A stretch of 32,000 bases of DNA from an uncultured Chloroflexia bacterium (GCA_963718915.1 CAVRAI010000015.1:870001-902000), one strand, 5' to 3'; positions 1-8,569 are shown, numbered from the stretch's first letter. Translations and numbers: made by a program. Notes: generated by a model from the sequence alone, not told the origin.

Positions 1-1
1 C

Positions 2-400
2 GGCCAGTGGGTCGAGGTCGGTATCCCACGGGCATCCGAACAGCCTGTGGACTATCCAGAAGTTGGCCAGATTGAAAGCATCAGGATGGTCACTGCGACA
101 CAGGGGTGGTTGTTCGCCTCGTTTGAAACTCAGACAATCGCCCCCAATGACTCGACCTATCTGGGTCCATCCATATTCCAGTTGGAGAACGGCCATTGGA
201 CGCAGATACCAGCAGAGCTGATTCATGGGCAACGGTTTGCGACGATTAGCCAGGTGAGTGTCACCTCATCTAATGAACTGTGGGGCGTTGGCAGTTGTAT
301 ATCGTCAACTGGCACTCCTTACGGCACGGGCTATCTGGCGGATGTCACGCCGCTGATCGTTCACTTCAAGAAAGGTGTGTGGAGTGTCGTCGAGAGTTGA
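2..400 (+). CDS. 3' end of a hypothetical protein whose start lies upstream of the window
   Basis: The frame of the listed 47..400 ORF stays open back to base 2 (GQWVEVGIPRASEQP...). It ends at TGA 398-400. The sequence is Trp/Gly/Ser/Thr-rich and looks beta-rich, with no motif I can name. Confidence 0.5.
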   Translation, partial: GQWVEVGIPRASEQPVDYPEVGQIESIRMVTATQGWLFASFETQTIAPNDSTYLGPSIFQLENGHWTQIPAELIHGQRFATISQVSVTSSNELWGVGSCISSTGTPYGTGYLADVTPLIVHFKKGVWSVVES

Positions 401-417
401 ACCGACCTTGCCCCCAG

Positions 418-479
418 CCCCTCTCCCGCAGGGAGAGGGGAGCCAGAAACGCGCTGAAGCTTCCCTCTTGCATGAGGGA
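418..479. terminator. Two tandem hairpins between convergent genes; candidate bidirectional terminator or REP-like element
   Basis: Read directly. CCCCTCTCCC (418-427), loop gca, GGGAGAGGGG (431-440) is a perfect 10-bp stem. TCCCTC (462-467), loop ttgcat, GAGGGA (474-479) follows. No U-tract. Confidence 0.35.
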
Positions 480-515
480 GATTATTCCGCGCCTCAGTAG
501 GATGGGGCGGTGGTT

Positions 516-1163
516 CTAAAAAAGGGAGAGCTGCTTTGGTGGTTCGCCGTCGTCGTCCTTCTTCTCTGGCTTGCTGCCCGGCGCGCCCTCAGCCTCCATA
601 CGACGCGCCTCTGCCAATGCAGGCGGGATGGAGCGCTTGAAGTCGTCCACCACGGTCTGACGTAGTGACTGCTGGTGGAGCGCCGCCGCTGGGTGATACA
701 TCGCCACGACGACGCGGCCATCCACTTTCTTCGCCTGGCCGTGAATCGCGCTGATCTTCGCGCCGGGGAAGAAGCGCGCCATCGAAAAGCGGCCTAGGGT
801 GACGATCACTTTGGGGTTGAGTGCGGCGATCTGGCGGGTGAGGTAGTCGGAGCAGGCGGCAATCTCGTCGGGCAGGGGGTCGCGGTTCTCGGGAGGGCGG
901 TGCTTGACAACGTTGGTGATGAAGACGGTGCTGCGATCCAGGCCGACGGAGCCGAGCAGTTCATTGAGAAACTGCCCCGCGGGGCCAACAAACGGACGCC
1001 CCTGGCGGTCTTCGTGGAAGCCGGGCGCTTCGCCGATGAAGAGCACCTCGGCGTGGGGGCTACCTTCACCGGGGACGCCGTTTCTGGTGTTCTTGCACAG
1101 ATCGCATTTCGTACAGACACGCACCTCCGCCGCGACCTCTTCCAGCACATCTTCGACTGCCAT
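516..1163 (-). CDS. Uracil-DNA glycosylase, family 4 (Fe-S type)
   Basis: Contains CTKCDLC...GVPGEGSPHAEVLFIGEAPGFHEDRQGRPFVGPAGQFLNELL, typical of family-4 UDG. ATG at 1163 is preceded by GAGGGGG. Confidence 0.9.
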   Translation of the reverse strand: MAVEDVLEEVAAEVRVCTKCDLCKNTRNGVPGEGSPHAEVLFIGEAPGFHEDRQGRPFVGPAGQFLNELLGSVGLDRSTVFITNVVKHRPPENRDPLPDEIAACSDYLTRQIAALNPKVIVTLGRFSMARFFPGAKISAIHGQAKKVDGRVVVAMYHPAAALHQQSLRQTVVDDFKRSIPPALAEARRMEAEGAPGSKPEKKDDDGEPPKQLSLF

Positions 1164-1350
1164 GTCGTTACCCCCTCAGTTGAGTAGTCACTGACCCAGC
1201 CACACCATGTATTCGCAAGATAGCACACCAGCAGCCGCACTGTATAGCCTGGCAGGCCGCGATGAATGATGATGTCTCTTTGTTATCAGTTCTCGTGCGT
1301 GCGTTTCGATATGGAAGAATCTGGTTCGCAAGAACGTATGATACACTCAG

Positions 1351-2427
1351 ATGCTGTTGCTGTCACACCTACAAGCAGCCGGTGGGAGAAACGCCGTGAT
1401 CCGCGATCAGAACCGCTTGCTGCAACAGCTGCGCCAATTGCATGAAGCCATTCAACGGGCGGTCGTCGTCTCGACGGAGCGAGCGGCCCCTGGCGCGCTG
1501 GCGGCGGTAGTTGCCGATTCCGACGATAGTGACACTATCTACGCGCTCGACCGTATCAGCGAAGACTATCTCGTCGACTGGTTCGCCCGCGAGGTTGCTC
1601 CAGAGCGGCCGATGCTGCTGGTGGCTGAGGGGTTGCCCGATAGCGGCAATGGGCCAGGTATGCTGGCGTTGCCGCGTGGCATCAGCGCCGATGAGGCTGA
1701 AGTGCGCGTATTGATGGACCCGATTGACGGCACGCGCGGCCTGATGTTCCAGAAGCGGAGCGCGTGGATTCTCACCGGCGTCGCGCCTAACTGCGGCCCG
1801 GATACGTCCCTGAGCGATATCGAGCTGGCGGTGCAGACGGAGATTCCACTGGTCAAGCAGCATCTCGCCGATACGCTCTGGGCCATGCGCGGTGATGGCT
1901 TCAGCGCCGCGCGCTACAACCGACTTACCGGCGAGTATATGCCGCTCGCGCTCCACCCTGACTCCACCACCACGATTGCCCACCACTTTGCCACCGTGGC
2001 GCGCTTTGTGCCGGGCGCGCGCGTCGAGCTTTCAGCGATTGACGAAGAGATTATGCAGGCGGCGTTGGGGCCGGTGAAGCGTGGCGAGACGCAGTCGTTC
2101 GAGGATCAGTATATTTGTAGTGGCGGGCAGTTGTATGGGTTGATCGCTGGCCACGATGCGTTTGTCGCGGACCTGCGGCCCGTCGTCGAGGCGTTGCTGG
2201 CACGCGAGGGACGCGCGCTTGGGCTTGCCTGCCATCCGTACGACCTGGCGACATCACTGATTGCCGAGGAGGCGGGCGTGCTGCTCACCGATGGCCGTGG
2301 CAAACCGCTCGATGCGCCACTCGATACGCACACCGATGTCGCGTGGGTGGGCTATGCCAACGCCGCCATCCGCGCGCAGGTTGAGCCAGGGCTGCTAGCC
2401 GCGCTGGCCCGGCGTGGATTGCTCTAA
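1351..2427 (+). CDS. Inositol monophosphatase / FBPase-superfamily phosphatase
   Basis: Has the DPIDGT metal-binding motif (LMDPIDGTRGL), an upstream VAEG acidic motif and a C-terminal HPYDLAT (WD-x-AA-like) motif. An alternative start is GTG 1396, preceded by GGGAGA. Confidence 0.8.
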   Translation: MLLLSHLQAAGGRNAVIRDQNRLLQQLRQLHEAIQRAVVVSTERAAPGALAAVVADSDDSDTIYALDRISEDYLVDWFAREVAPERPMLLVAEGLPDSGNGPGMLALPRGISADEAEVRVLMDPIDGTRGLMFQKRSAWILTGVAPNCGPDTSLSDIELAVQTEIPLVKQHLADTLWAMRGDGFSAARYNRLTGEYMPLALHPDSTTTIAHHFATVARFVPGARVELSAIDEEIMQAALGPVKRGETQSFEDQYICSGGQLYGLIAGHDAFVADLRPVVEALLAREGRALGLACHPYDLATSLIAEEAGVLLTDGRGKPLDAPLDTHTDVAWVGYANAAIRAQVEPGLLAALARRGLL

Positions 2428-2446
2428 GAGTGCGACCGACTCCGAC

Positions 2447-2479
2447 GCGCATTTAAGAACTGAAAAGGCGAAAATGCGC
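2447..2479. terminator. Inverted repeat between convergent stops (weak bidirectional terminator candidate)
   Basis: GCGCATTT (2447-2454) pairs with AAATGCGC (2472-2479) across a 17-nt loop. It lies between stop 2427 (+) and stop 2490 (-). Confidence 0.25.
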
Positions 2480-2489
2480 ATATCTCGTC

Positions 2490-4187
2490 CTAGTAGCTGC
2501 CATGCGACAGATACTGGTGAACCATCTGTATCGCGATCCCACCTTCCCCGACCGCAGAGGCCACTCGCTTGACCGAACCATGACGCACATCAGCTACAGC
2601 GAACACGCCCGGCATGCTGGTCTCAAGCAAGAAAGGAGGCCGCTGAGGCGGCGCTCCTCCGCTAGCGTCCTCAACAGATATGAGATCCTGACCGGTGAGA
2701 ATGAAGCCTTGTTGATCACGTCGGATGCTCGCTGGTAACCACTCCGTGTGCGGCTGCGCGCCAATGAGGACAAACAACGCATACGCCGACACATTCTGTA
2801 TCTCCCCCGAAGAGCTGTCTTGTATGTCCAGACCCTCCAGCCGTTGATCGCCGCGACCGCCGACGATCTTGGTGTGTGTGCGTACGGCAATGTTGTCCTT
2901 CCCGGCAATCTCCTTCACTAGGTAATCGGACATGCTGGCGGCGAGTGCTTCGCCGCGCACGAGCATTGTCACCCGTTCCGCATAGCTCGCCAGATGGATA
3001 GCGGCCTGCCCCGCCGAGTTACCACCGCCAGCGACGAAGACCTGCTGGCCACTCATCGCCCGCGCCTCGGTGACGGCGCCCCCGTAGAAGACCCCTGCTC
3101 CAACGAGCGCATCGAGACTGGCGACTCCCAGCCGCTGGTAGCTCGCCCCCATTGCTAGAACCACGGCACGGCTCACGATTTCTCTGCCGTCGGAGAGTGC
3201 CAGGACGCGGTCGAGTCCTTTCATTCGCAGACCAGTTGCCTGACGCATAATGCAGGTTTGAGCGCCAAACAACCAGGCCTGGTCAAATGCCCGGTTGGTG
3301 AGTTCCGCCCCACTAATGCCCTGCGGAAACCCCAGATAGTTGCGAATGAGTGAACTGGCGCCGGCCTGCCCACCAATCGCTTCTCGTTCCACCACGAGCG
3401 TGCGCAATCCTTCCGATGCGCCGTAGACCGCCGCAGAAAGTCCAGCTGGTCCAGCGCCGACGATCGTGAGATCATAGGGACCTCCCTCGATACTGTCGTG
3501 TGCGCCGAGAAAGCCGACCACAATCTCTTCTTTGGTTGGATCGGTAAGCGCCTGCCCATCACGCAAAATAACTACCGGAAACGGACCATCCGGGCGCCCG
3601 ACGTGCTGCAGGAGCGCCCGTCCCTCGTCCGCGTTTTTCTCGTAGAACCTGAATGGGTGACCATTGCGCTCGAAGAGATCGCGCAGTTCATAGGAATGTT
3701 CACCCAGGCGCTCGCCCACGATGGTGACCATCTCCCGTTGTCCCTGCCCCGGTCGCTGCCACTCGTGCAGGAGTTCAGTGATGAGGCGATGGAATTGTTC
3801 ATCTGGAGATGCGCCTGGCCTGGTCGTGTAGCGGTCGATCTGCCCGAGGGAGATGGCGGTCACGATCGGCTGAGACACGGAGCGATCACCCCAACGGACA
3901 CTGTGCGTGAGGAGCAGCACGCGCTTCGCATGTGGATGCAGCTCGTGCGCCTGCTCCAGAAAGTCAATGCCCGTCATCGCGCTCATCTCAAGAGCCGCTA
4001 AGAGGATGGCAACCTGCGCACCCGCCGCCCGCACCTCGTCCAGTCGCTGCAGCGCCGCCGCCGAATGGTCAGCCAGAACGTCGTAGTCGGCGCCATAGCG
4101 CTTGAGCAGTTCCCGTTGGATCGCCTCCAGATCTTGGATACGATCGTCAACGGCCATCAGAATCGGTTTCATCATTGGTTTCGTCAT
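2490..4187 (-). CDS. Fused receiver-like domain / thioredoxin-reductase-like FAD-dependent oxidoreductase
   Basis: N-terminus is CheY-like (KPILMAVDD...). C-terminus has YDLTIVGAGPAGLSAAVYGASEGL and VAGGGNSAGQAA Rossmann motifs. Start moved to ATG 4187 (MTKPMMK), preceded by GGGGGA. The 39-aa upstream extension in the ORF track covers hairpins and looks non-coding. Confidence 0.85.
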   Translation of the reverse strand: MTKPMMKPILMAVDDRIQDLEAIQRELLKRYGADYDVLADHSAAALQRLDEVRAAGAQVAILLAALEMSAMTGIDFLEQAHELHPHAKRVLLLTHSVRWGDRSVSQPIVTAISLGQIDRYTTRPGASPDEQFHRLITELLHEWQRPGQGQREMVTIVGERLGEHSYELRDLFERNGHPFRFYEKNADEGRALLQHVGRPDGPFPVVILRDGQALTDPTKEEIVVGFLGAHDSIEGGPYDLTIVGAGPAGLSAAVYGASEGLRTLVVEREAIGGQAGASSLIRNYLGFPQGISGAELTNRAFDQAWLFGAQTCIMRQATGLRMKGLDRVLALSDGREIVSRAVVLAMGASYQRLGVASLDALVGAGVFYGGAVTEARAMSGQQVFVAGGGNSAGQAAIHLASYAERVTMLVRGEALAASMSDYLVKEIAGKDNIAVRTHTKIVGGRGDQRLEGLDIQDSSSGEIQNVSAYALFVLIGAQPHTEWLPASIRRDQQGFILTGQDLISVEDASGGAPPQRPPFLLETSMPGVFAVADVRHGSVKRVASAVGEGGIAIQMVHQYLSHGSY

Positions 4188-4203
4188 GACATGTCCCCCG
4201 CCG

Positions 4204-4242
4204 GTGTGGCTGCAGGAGGGCGGTGCGCTCCTGCAGCCACAC
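4204..4242. other. Perfect 15-bp inverted repeat with 9-nt spacer, abutting the SD of the receiver/TrxR-like gene
   Basis: GTGTGGCTGCAGGAG (4204-4218), spacer ggcggtgcg, CTCCTGCAGCCACAC (4228-4242). A second hairpin is CGAACAC (4272-4278) with GTGTTCG (4291-4297). Confidence 0.6.
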
Positions 4243-4327
4243 AGTGGTCTCAGGTCAGGGTAGCGCATGCACGAACACCTCGAAGACGAAGTGTTCGCAC
4301 GCACCGCCTCAGCAATGAGTGCCTCGA

Positions 4328-5401
4328 CTACCGTGCTTGTTGCCAGACCGACTGTATAGCCGCGATGGCGAGATCGGGTCGATCCAGGTGAATATAGTGC
4401 CCACTGTGCTGGGCAACGCTGTGTTGACTGTTAGAAGAAAGCGAAGCCAAATCCTGCTGCAAGGCGTCCCACGTGGCTGCCATCTGTGTTCCTTGCGCTG
4501 AACGATCTTGCGAATAATCCTGGGACAGCACGATCAGCGGAAGCTTCCCATAGGAAGGGCTCGCTAGACGCGCCGCGCGCACTTGGGCAGCGCTTTCCTG
4601 CAAGGCCGCCAATTCGTCATATTGTGTGTTGTAGTACCGGGTCTGCGCTGCTTGAGCCAGCAGGATGGGCTTGACGGCAGCTGGGTAGGCGGCAGCGTCT
4701 TCTAAGGGAGCGAGACCCGTTTGTAAGGCCAGGCGAGCCACGCCAAAGTAGGCAGCGCCATGAAGCAGCTGATCGAGTAGTTTCCCCGCACTCACAGCCT
4801 GGGGAGGGAAGAAGGCCGGATGGGTTCCAAACGGAGCGAACTGATGCTCGCTCGTGGCGTCGAGCAAGACCATCCCAGCCACCTCCCCAGGATAACGGTA
4901 GGCATACAGGCGCATATTCAATCCGCCCAGGGAGTGTCCAACCAGAAGATATGGACCGTGTATCTGTGCATGCGCGAGCAGGAGATGCAGTTCTTTCACT
5001 ATTTGTTGGCTGGTGCGCGGGCCTGGTCCGCTCTCACTCCAACCGTAACCCGCTCGATCATAGGAGCAGACACGTGTGAAGCGTGCCACTGCTGGTTGAA
5101 CCTTGCTCCAATCAAGAGAGGTTCCTCCCAGTCCCGCATCGAGGATCACCGTTGGACTGCCTGTGCCGGTGCAGTTGATATGGAGCTTGTAGCCCCCGAT
5201 ATCCACGAGCTTGCCCGGCGCAGGATAGTGAGCAGCGTCAGCCCGGCTCGTAATGGCCTGAAAGGACAGTCCGATCAGCAGAAGTCCCACAAGGGACAGA
5301 CTGGCTATGATCAGCAGGCGCAAGAGACGCCGTTTGATCGTCCGACGTGGGCGTGGAGAAGTGGAGGTGGAGCCTTCCGTACTGTCGCTTGTCTGTGTCA
5401 T
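4328..5401 (-). CDS. Alpha/beta-fold hydrolase with N-terminal membrane anchor
   Basis: Has the nucleophile elbow GHSLGG, a HINCTGTGSPTVILDAGLGG oxyanion region and an N-terminal TM segment LLRLLIIASLSLVGLLLIGL. ATG 5401 is preceded by AAAGGA. Confidence 0.85.
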   Translation of the reverse strand: MTQTSDSTEGSTSTSPRPRRTIKRRLLRLLIIASLSLVGLLLIGLSFQAITSRADAAHYPAPGKLVDIGGYKLHINCTGTGSPTVILDAGLGGTSLDWSKVQPAVARFTRVCSYDRAGYGWSESGPGPRTSQQIVKELHLLLAHAQIHGPYLLVGHSLGGLNMRLYAYRYPGEVAGMVLLDATSEHQFAPFGTHPAFFPPQAVSAGKLLDQLLHGAAYFGVARLALQTGLAPLEDAAAYPAAVKPILLAQAAQTRYYNTQYDELAALQESAAQVRAARLASPSYGKLPLIVLSQDYSQDRSAQGTQMAATWDALQQDLASLSSNSQHSVAQHSGHYIHLDRPDLAIAAIQSVWQQAR

Positions 5402-5730
5402 CTTGATGTGTCCTTTTTAATAGCAGAGCATGAGAGGGAAGCGCATAGGGTGTTCATGCAGCCTCATAAAGCAGGGCTACTTCAAGGAACGCTAGGTAAG
5501 CGAAAGAAGAGTCCTAAGCTCTATCTAGCATCTTCTGTCACTCACGTCAGCCCAGTCGTCACGACTCCTGGCCATAGACCGTGGACGCCTATTCGGATCC
5601 CTATCCGCGAGATGTCGCCCGAATCGTGGTCATTGGAACTGGGCTGAAGCCAGGCTCCGATGGCGTCGAGCGGAGAAAAGAACTATCGAGCAGCCTCCGC
5701 TGGGACAAGTGATCTGTCCAGTTTGGCATC

Positions 5731-6441
5731 TCACCTCTCACTGGAGAGGATCGGAGAGGGCGTAAAGCCCTTAACGACCAGCCAGACGCCCAGCGAAAAC
5801 TCCCAGAGCGCGATCGGGAATGTGGCGAGCGCCGCCACCCCGGAGAATTGTCCCCAGAGACCGAACAACGTGCCGATGTCGGAAGCGACGAGCACGAGCG
5901 CTCCGACGAATCCAATCAGGGGAAGAATGCGCGGCACCAGGCGCGACTGGTACAACAGGGAGCCTAGCAACAGAGCGTTCACGGCCGGAAGGAAGCCTTG
6001 TCCGATCAGGAAAGTCCGGTTATACAGAGTGACCAGCGCGTGGCCAGTGACCAACGCATCTGCTCCGGCTCCGGTCTGCCGCAAGGTCACGACCGTTAGG
6101 AGGCACGCGACGCCAGCGAAGATGGTGGCCGCTTCCAGGGTTCGCGAGCCGACGAAGCCCAGTGCGACCCCTTCGTTCTGCCGCTTGACTACGGGGTACA
6201 GCACGACGGCGGTGCCGATGCCGGCGAGGGCCACGATCATCTCCAGGATGCCGCCGACGATGGCGCCAGTGTCCGGGCCAGGGCCAACGATGTAGTTCGG
6301 ACTCTTCACCGCAGCGTAGAGAAACAGGGTCGGGATCGAGACAAAGGTGAGCAGGTAAAGCACGCCTGCAACGAGCGCAGTCTTTCTCAGTGAGGTCATG
6401 GGAGTTCGTTTCGTTGCGGTGGTGCGAACGGCGGTTGTCAT
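5731..6441 (-). CDS. DUF4386-family integral membrane protein
   Basis: Multi-pass hydrophobic protein. It matches family hallmarks as I recall them (ALVAGVLYLLTFV..., YQSRLVPRILPLIG, WEFSLGVWLVVKGF). ATG 6441 is preceded by AAGGAA. Confidence 0.7.
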   Translation of the reverse strand: MTTAVRTTATKRTPMTSLRKTALVAGVLYLLTFVSIPTLFLYAAVKSPNYIVGPGPDTGAIVGGILEMIVALAGIGTAVVLYPVVKRQNEGVALGFVGSRTLEAATIFAGVACLLTVVTLRQTGAGADALVTGHALVTLYNRTFLIGQGFLPAVNALLLGSLLYQSRLVPRILPLIGFVGALVLVASDIGTLFGLWGQFSGVAALATFPIALWEFSLGVWLVVKGFTPSPILSSER

Positions 6442-6959
6442 GTCAGTTTCCTTTTGTGAATCGCTTAGTACCTATCGAGGCTCGATGGTGAACCCATCCG
6501 GCTGGTGAACAGTGTCATGCCGTTGTCTACAAGGGCGACCTCCGCTCTTCCTCCTGCTGCATCGTCCTTGCCCTAGGGCACATCATGGCTGTCGGTCTCT
6601 GTACATTAGCGCTCCGCACCAGACGGTAACCCCTTCCAGGCCACCGACGATGCGCGCGAGACGCTTGGATGAGGTCACCATGCTGTCCTGCGAAGGAGCT
6701 GGGTCGAGTCGGCCGGATTCACCGTTTACGGCGGGCGATGCAGCCGTGGTTTAGAACTCCCTTGATGAACGGTTGATAACAGGTAGCGTGTGAGGAGGCT
6801 GACCAGCCAAGCGCAGGTCAATCGAGTCAGTCAGGTCAGTTGTGACGTTTCGTCATTCGACAGGCATCACGGAAAGTCATCGTCGGTGTCATAGCGACCA
6901 ATCTGACACACCTCGGCCTGGCAGATCATTTTGGCGGTAAACGCTTCAACGGCCGAGGT

Positions 6960-7117
6960 TCATGAAGCGGCACGGATATCGGCTACGGCCTGTTCGGCGC
7001 GAGAGGTGAGGTCGTGACCCGCGATGCAGACTTGGGCGCCGACCTGGGCGAGCCCGGTTGCGGTAGCCCTGCCGATTCCCCGGAGCCGCCGGTGATCAGG
7101 ACGACCTTGAAGGCCAT
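6960..7117 (-). pseudogene. Remnant of a short-chain dehydrogenase/reductase (N-terminal ~50 codons, frameshifted and truncated)
   Basis: Minus strand reads MAFKVVLITGGSG. One missing G then breaks the frame of GIGRATATGLAQVGAQVCIAGHDLTSRAEQAVADIRAAS, which runs into TGA at 6962-6960. No recognisable SDR sequence follows. Confidence 0.5.
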
Positions 7118-7177
7118 GAGTGGCGCCTTCTTCTGCGCGTCATTTTTCACTTTGTCTCCCCAGGGCTGGTGGAAGGC

Positions 7178-8155
7178 TCAGGCAGTGATGACGACCGTTC
7201 CTCGCGCATGTCCTTCTCCGACATGACCGATCGCCTCGGGGATTCCGCTCAGTGGGTACGTCCCGTCGATGACCGGTGTGACCTTCCCGGCTTCGATGAG
7301 TCCCTTCAGAACGACCAGGTCCGCTCGGTTCGGAAATTTGACGGAGGGGCCAACCTGCTGGCGCACGAAAAGTGACGTCGCGGCCACTTTGATGACGCTC
7401 CAAAGTGGGCCAACCCAACGGCCGCTCGCATGTCCTCCACCGTTGGAAAACAGTGTCCCCTTGGGGGTGAGGGCGCGTCTGGTGGCTGACAACGAATGGT
7501 TCGCCACGTTGTCGAGGATGAAATCGTAGCGCTGTCCACCCTCAGTGAAGTCCTCCTTGGTGTAATCGATGACATGGTCAGCGCCGATCGAGCGCACCAT
7601 GTCCATGTTCCTCGTGCTGCACACACCGGTCACTTCGGCGCCGAACGCTTTGGCAATCTGCACGGCGAACGTCCCGACGCCTCCTGACGCACCATTGATC
7701 AAGACCTTCTGACCTGGCTGGACCTTCCCCTGATCGCGAAGCAGCTGGAGGGCGGTGGATGCGGACACCCCGACGGCAGCGGCTTGCTCGAACGTAAGGT
7801 TGGCTGGCTTCGGCACGAAGTGGTCCGCTCCAGCACACGCATACTCGGCAAAGGCGCCCGTGCACCAGCCAAAGACCTCATCGCCGAGTCGGAGCTGCGT
7901 TACGTCCGTGCCAACGGCCTCGACCGTCCCCGCAATATCCGTTCCCGGAACACGGTTCTTTGGCGTGCGCAGCCCAGACGCCATGCGGAGGACATACGGC
8001 ACGCCTCGCACGAGGAGCCAGTCACCGACGTGGACGGAAGCCGCGTGAACGCGCACCAACACTTCGTCATTCTTGACCAGCGGCTGGCCGATGTCCTGGA
8101 GCGTGAGGACCACTCGTGGTACGCCGTACGTGTGCTGGACAATCGCCTTCATCAT
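7178..8155 (-). CDS. NADPH:quinone oxidoreductase-like / zinc-type alcohol dehydrogenase family (MDR) protein
   Basis: Contains MKAIVQHTYG...EVLVRVHAASVHVGDW...GTDIAGTVEAVG...INGASGGVGTFAVQIAK, the MDR/QOR pattern. ATG 8155 is preceded by AAGGGGGA. An alternative start is ATG 8218, preceded by GGAGG. The ORF-track start 8467 is rejected. Confidence 0.85.
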   Translation of the reverse strand: MMKAIVQHTYGVPRVVLTLQDIGQPLVKNDEVLVRVHAASVHVGDWLLVRGVPYVLRMASGLRTPKNRVPGTDIAGTVEAVGTDVTQLRLGDEVFGWCTGAFAEYACAGADHFVPKPANLTFEQAAAVGVSASTALQLLRDQGKVQPGQKVLINGASGGVGTFAVQIAKAFGAEVTGVCSTRNMDMVRSIGADHVIDYTKEDFTEGGQRYDFILDNVANHSLSATRRALTPKGTLFSNGGGHASGRWVGPLWSVIKVAATSLFVRQQVGPSVKFPNRADLVVLKGLIEAGKVTPVIDGTYPLSGIPEAIGHVGEGHARGTVVITA

Positions 8156-8302
8156 GTCAGTCCCCCTTGCTGGAGGGCTATCGTCCTGGATGTGGTCAGG
8201 GGTCACGAACTGGGCCATAGGAACCTCCGCAGTCACACCACACCGCGCATGGCGTGGCCAACGTGTGGCGCAGGTCCGGTGTCCGTGATGCCTCGCGACA
8301 CC

Positions 8303-8340
8303 AAAAAACCGACGCACGCCATGATGGGCGTGGTCGGTTT
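8303..8340 (-). terminator. Intrinsic (Rho-independent) terminator on the minus strand, upstream of the reductase gene
   Basis: Minus strand reads AAACCGACCACGCC, loop catcat, GGCGTGCGTCGGTTTTTT. This is a GC-rich stem with one bulge, followed by a run of six T. Confidence 0.55.
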
Positions 8341-8479
8341 CACCAGTTGCTCCCCGCGCTCTGCAGGTGGCCAGGCGACGATCGGCGTCACACGGAGGGG
8401 CGATGCCCGCAGGCGACGCGCCATCCCTGGGGCGTCGAGCCGTGCGTAGAGCGGCGGATCGAGGCATCCACGGGGTGAG

Positions 8480-8508
8480 TTGATACTCACTTGCGCGTAC
8501 GTTATCAT
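8480..8508 (+). promoter_or_regulatory. Sigma70-like promoter candidate for the TetR gene
   Basis: TTGATA (8480-8485), 17 nt, TATCAT (8503-8508), about 60 nt upstream of ATG 8570. Confidence 0.35.
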
Positions 8509-8527
8509 ATAATTAGCCTGCCGTCAA
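8499..8527 (-). promoter_or_regulatory. Sigma70-like promoter candidate firing toward the reductase gene
   Basis: Minus strand reads TTGACG (8527-8522), 17 nt, TAACGT (8504-8499). It sits back-to-back with the tetR promoter candidate. Confidence 0.3.
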
Positions 8528-8536
8528 GTTAATTAT
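8509..8536. promoter_or_regulatory. Candidate TetR operator (7-bp inverted repeat)
   Basis: ATAATTA (8509-8515), 14 nt, TAATTAT (8530-8536). It spans the divergent promoter candidates. Confidence 0.3.
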
Positions 8537-8569
8537 TGCACTAACCCCTGACCATAAGGAGCACCCATC

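Noticed and set aside
1337-1351. Possible leaderless mRNA for the IMPase-family gene (TATGAT 8 nt before ATG 1351)
   Set aside because: No acceptable -35 (GAAGAA) is present. A GTG at 1396 with a good GGGAGA SD offers a conventional alternative start.
4820-5647. 275-aa ORF on the plus strand
   Set aside because: It is mostly antisense to the alpha/beta hydrolase, which carries the GHSLGG motif. It has no motif of its own.
6512-6754. 80-aa plus-strand ORF in the decayed region
   Set aside because: It has no SD, no motif and low-complexity composition, and it lies in a region that looks like eroded sequence.
8156-8467. 104-codon N-terminal extension of the reductase ORF (ORF-track start at 8467)
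   Set aside because: Homologues of this family start at MKAIV. The extension is Arg/His-rich, contains an intrinsic terminator hairpin, and bypasses better SD-start pairs at 8155 and 8218.
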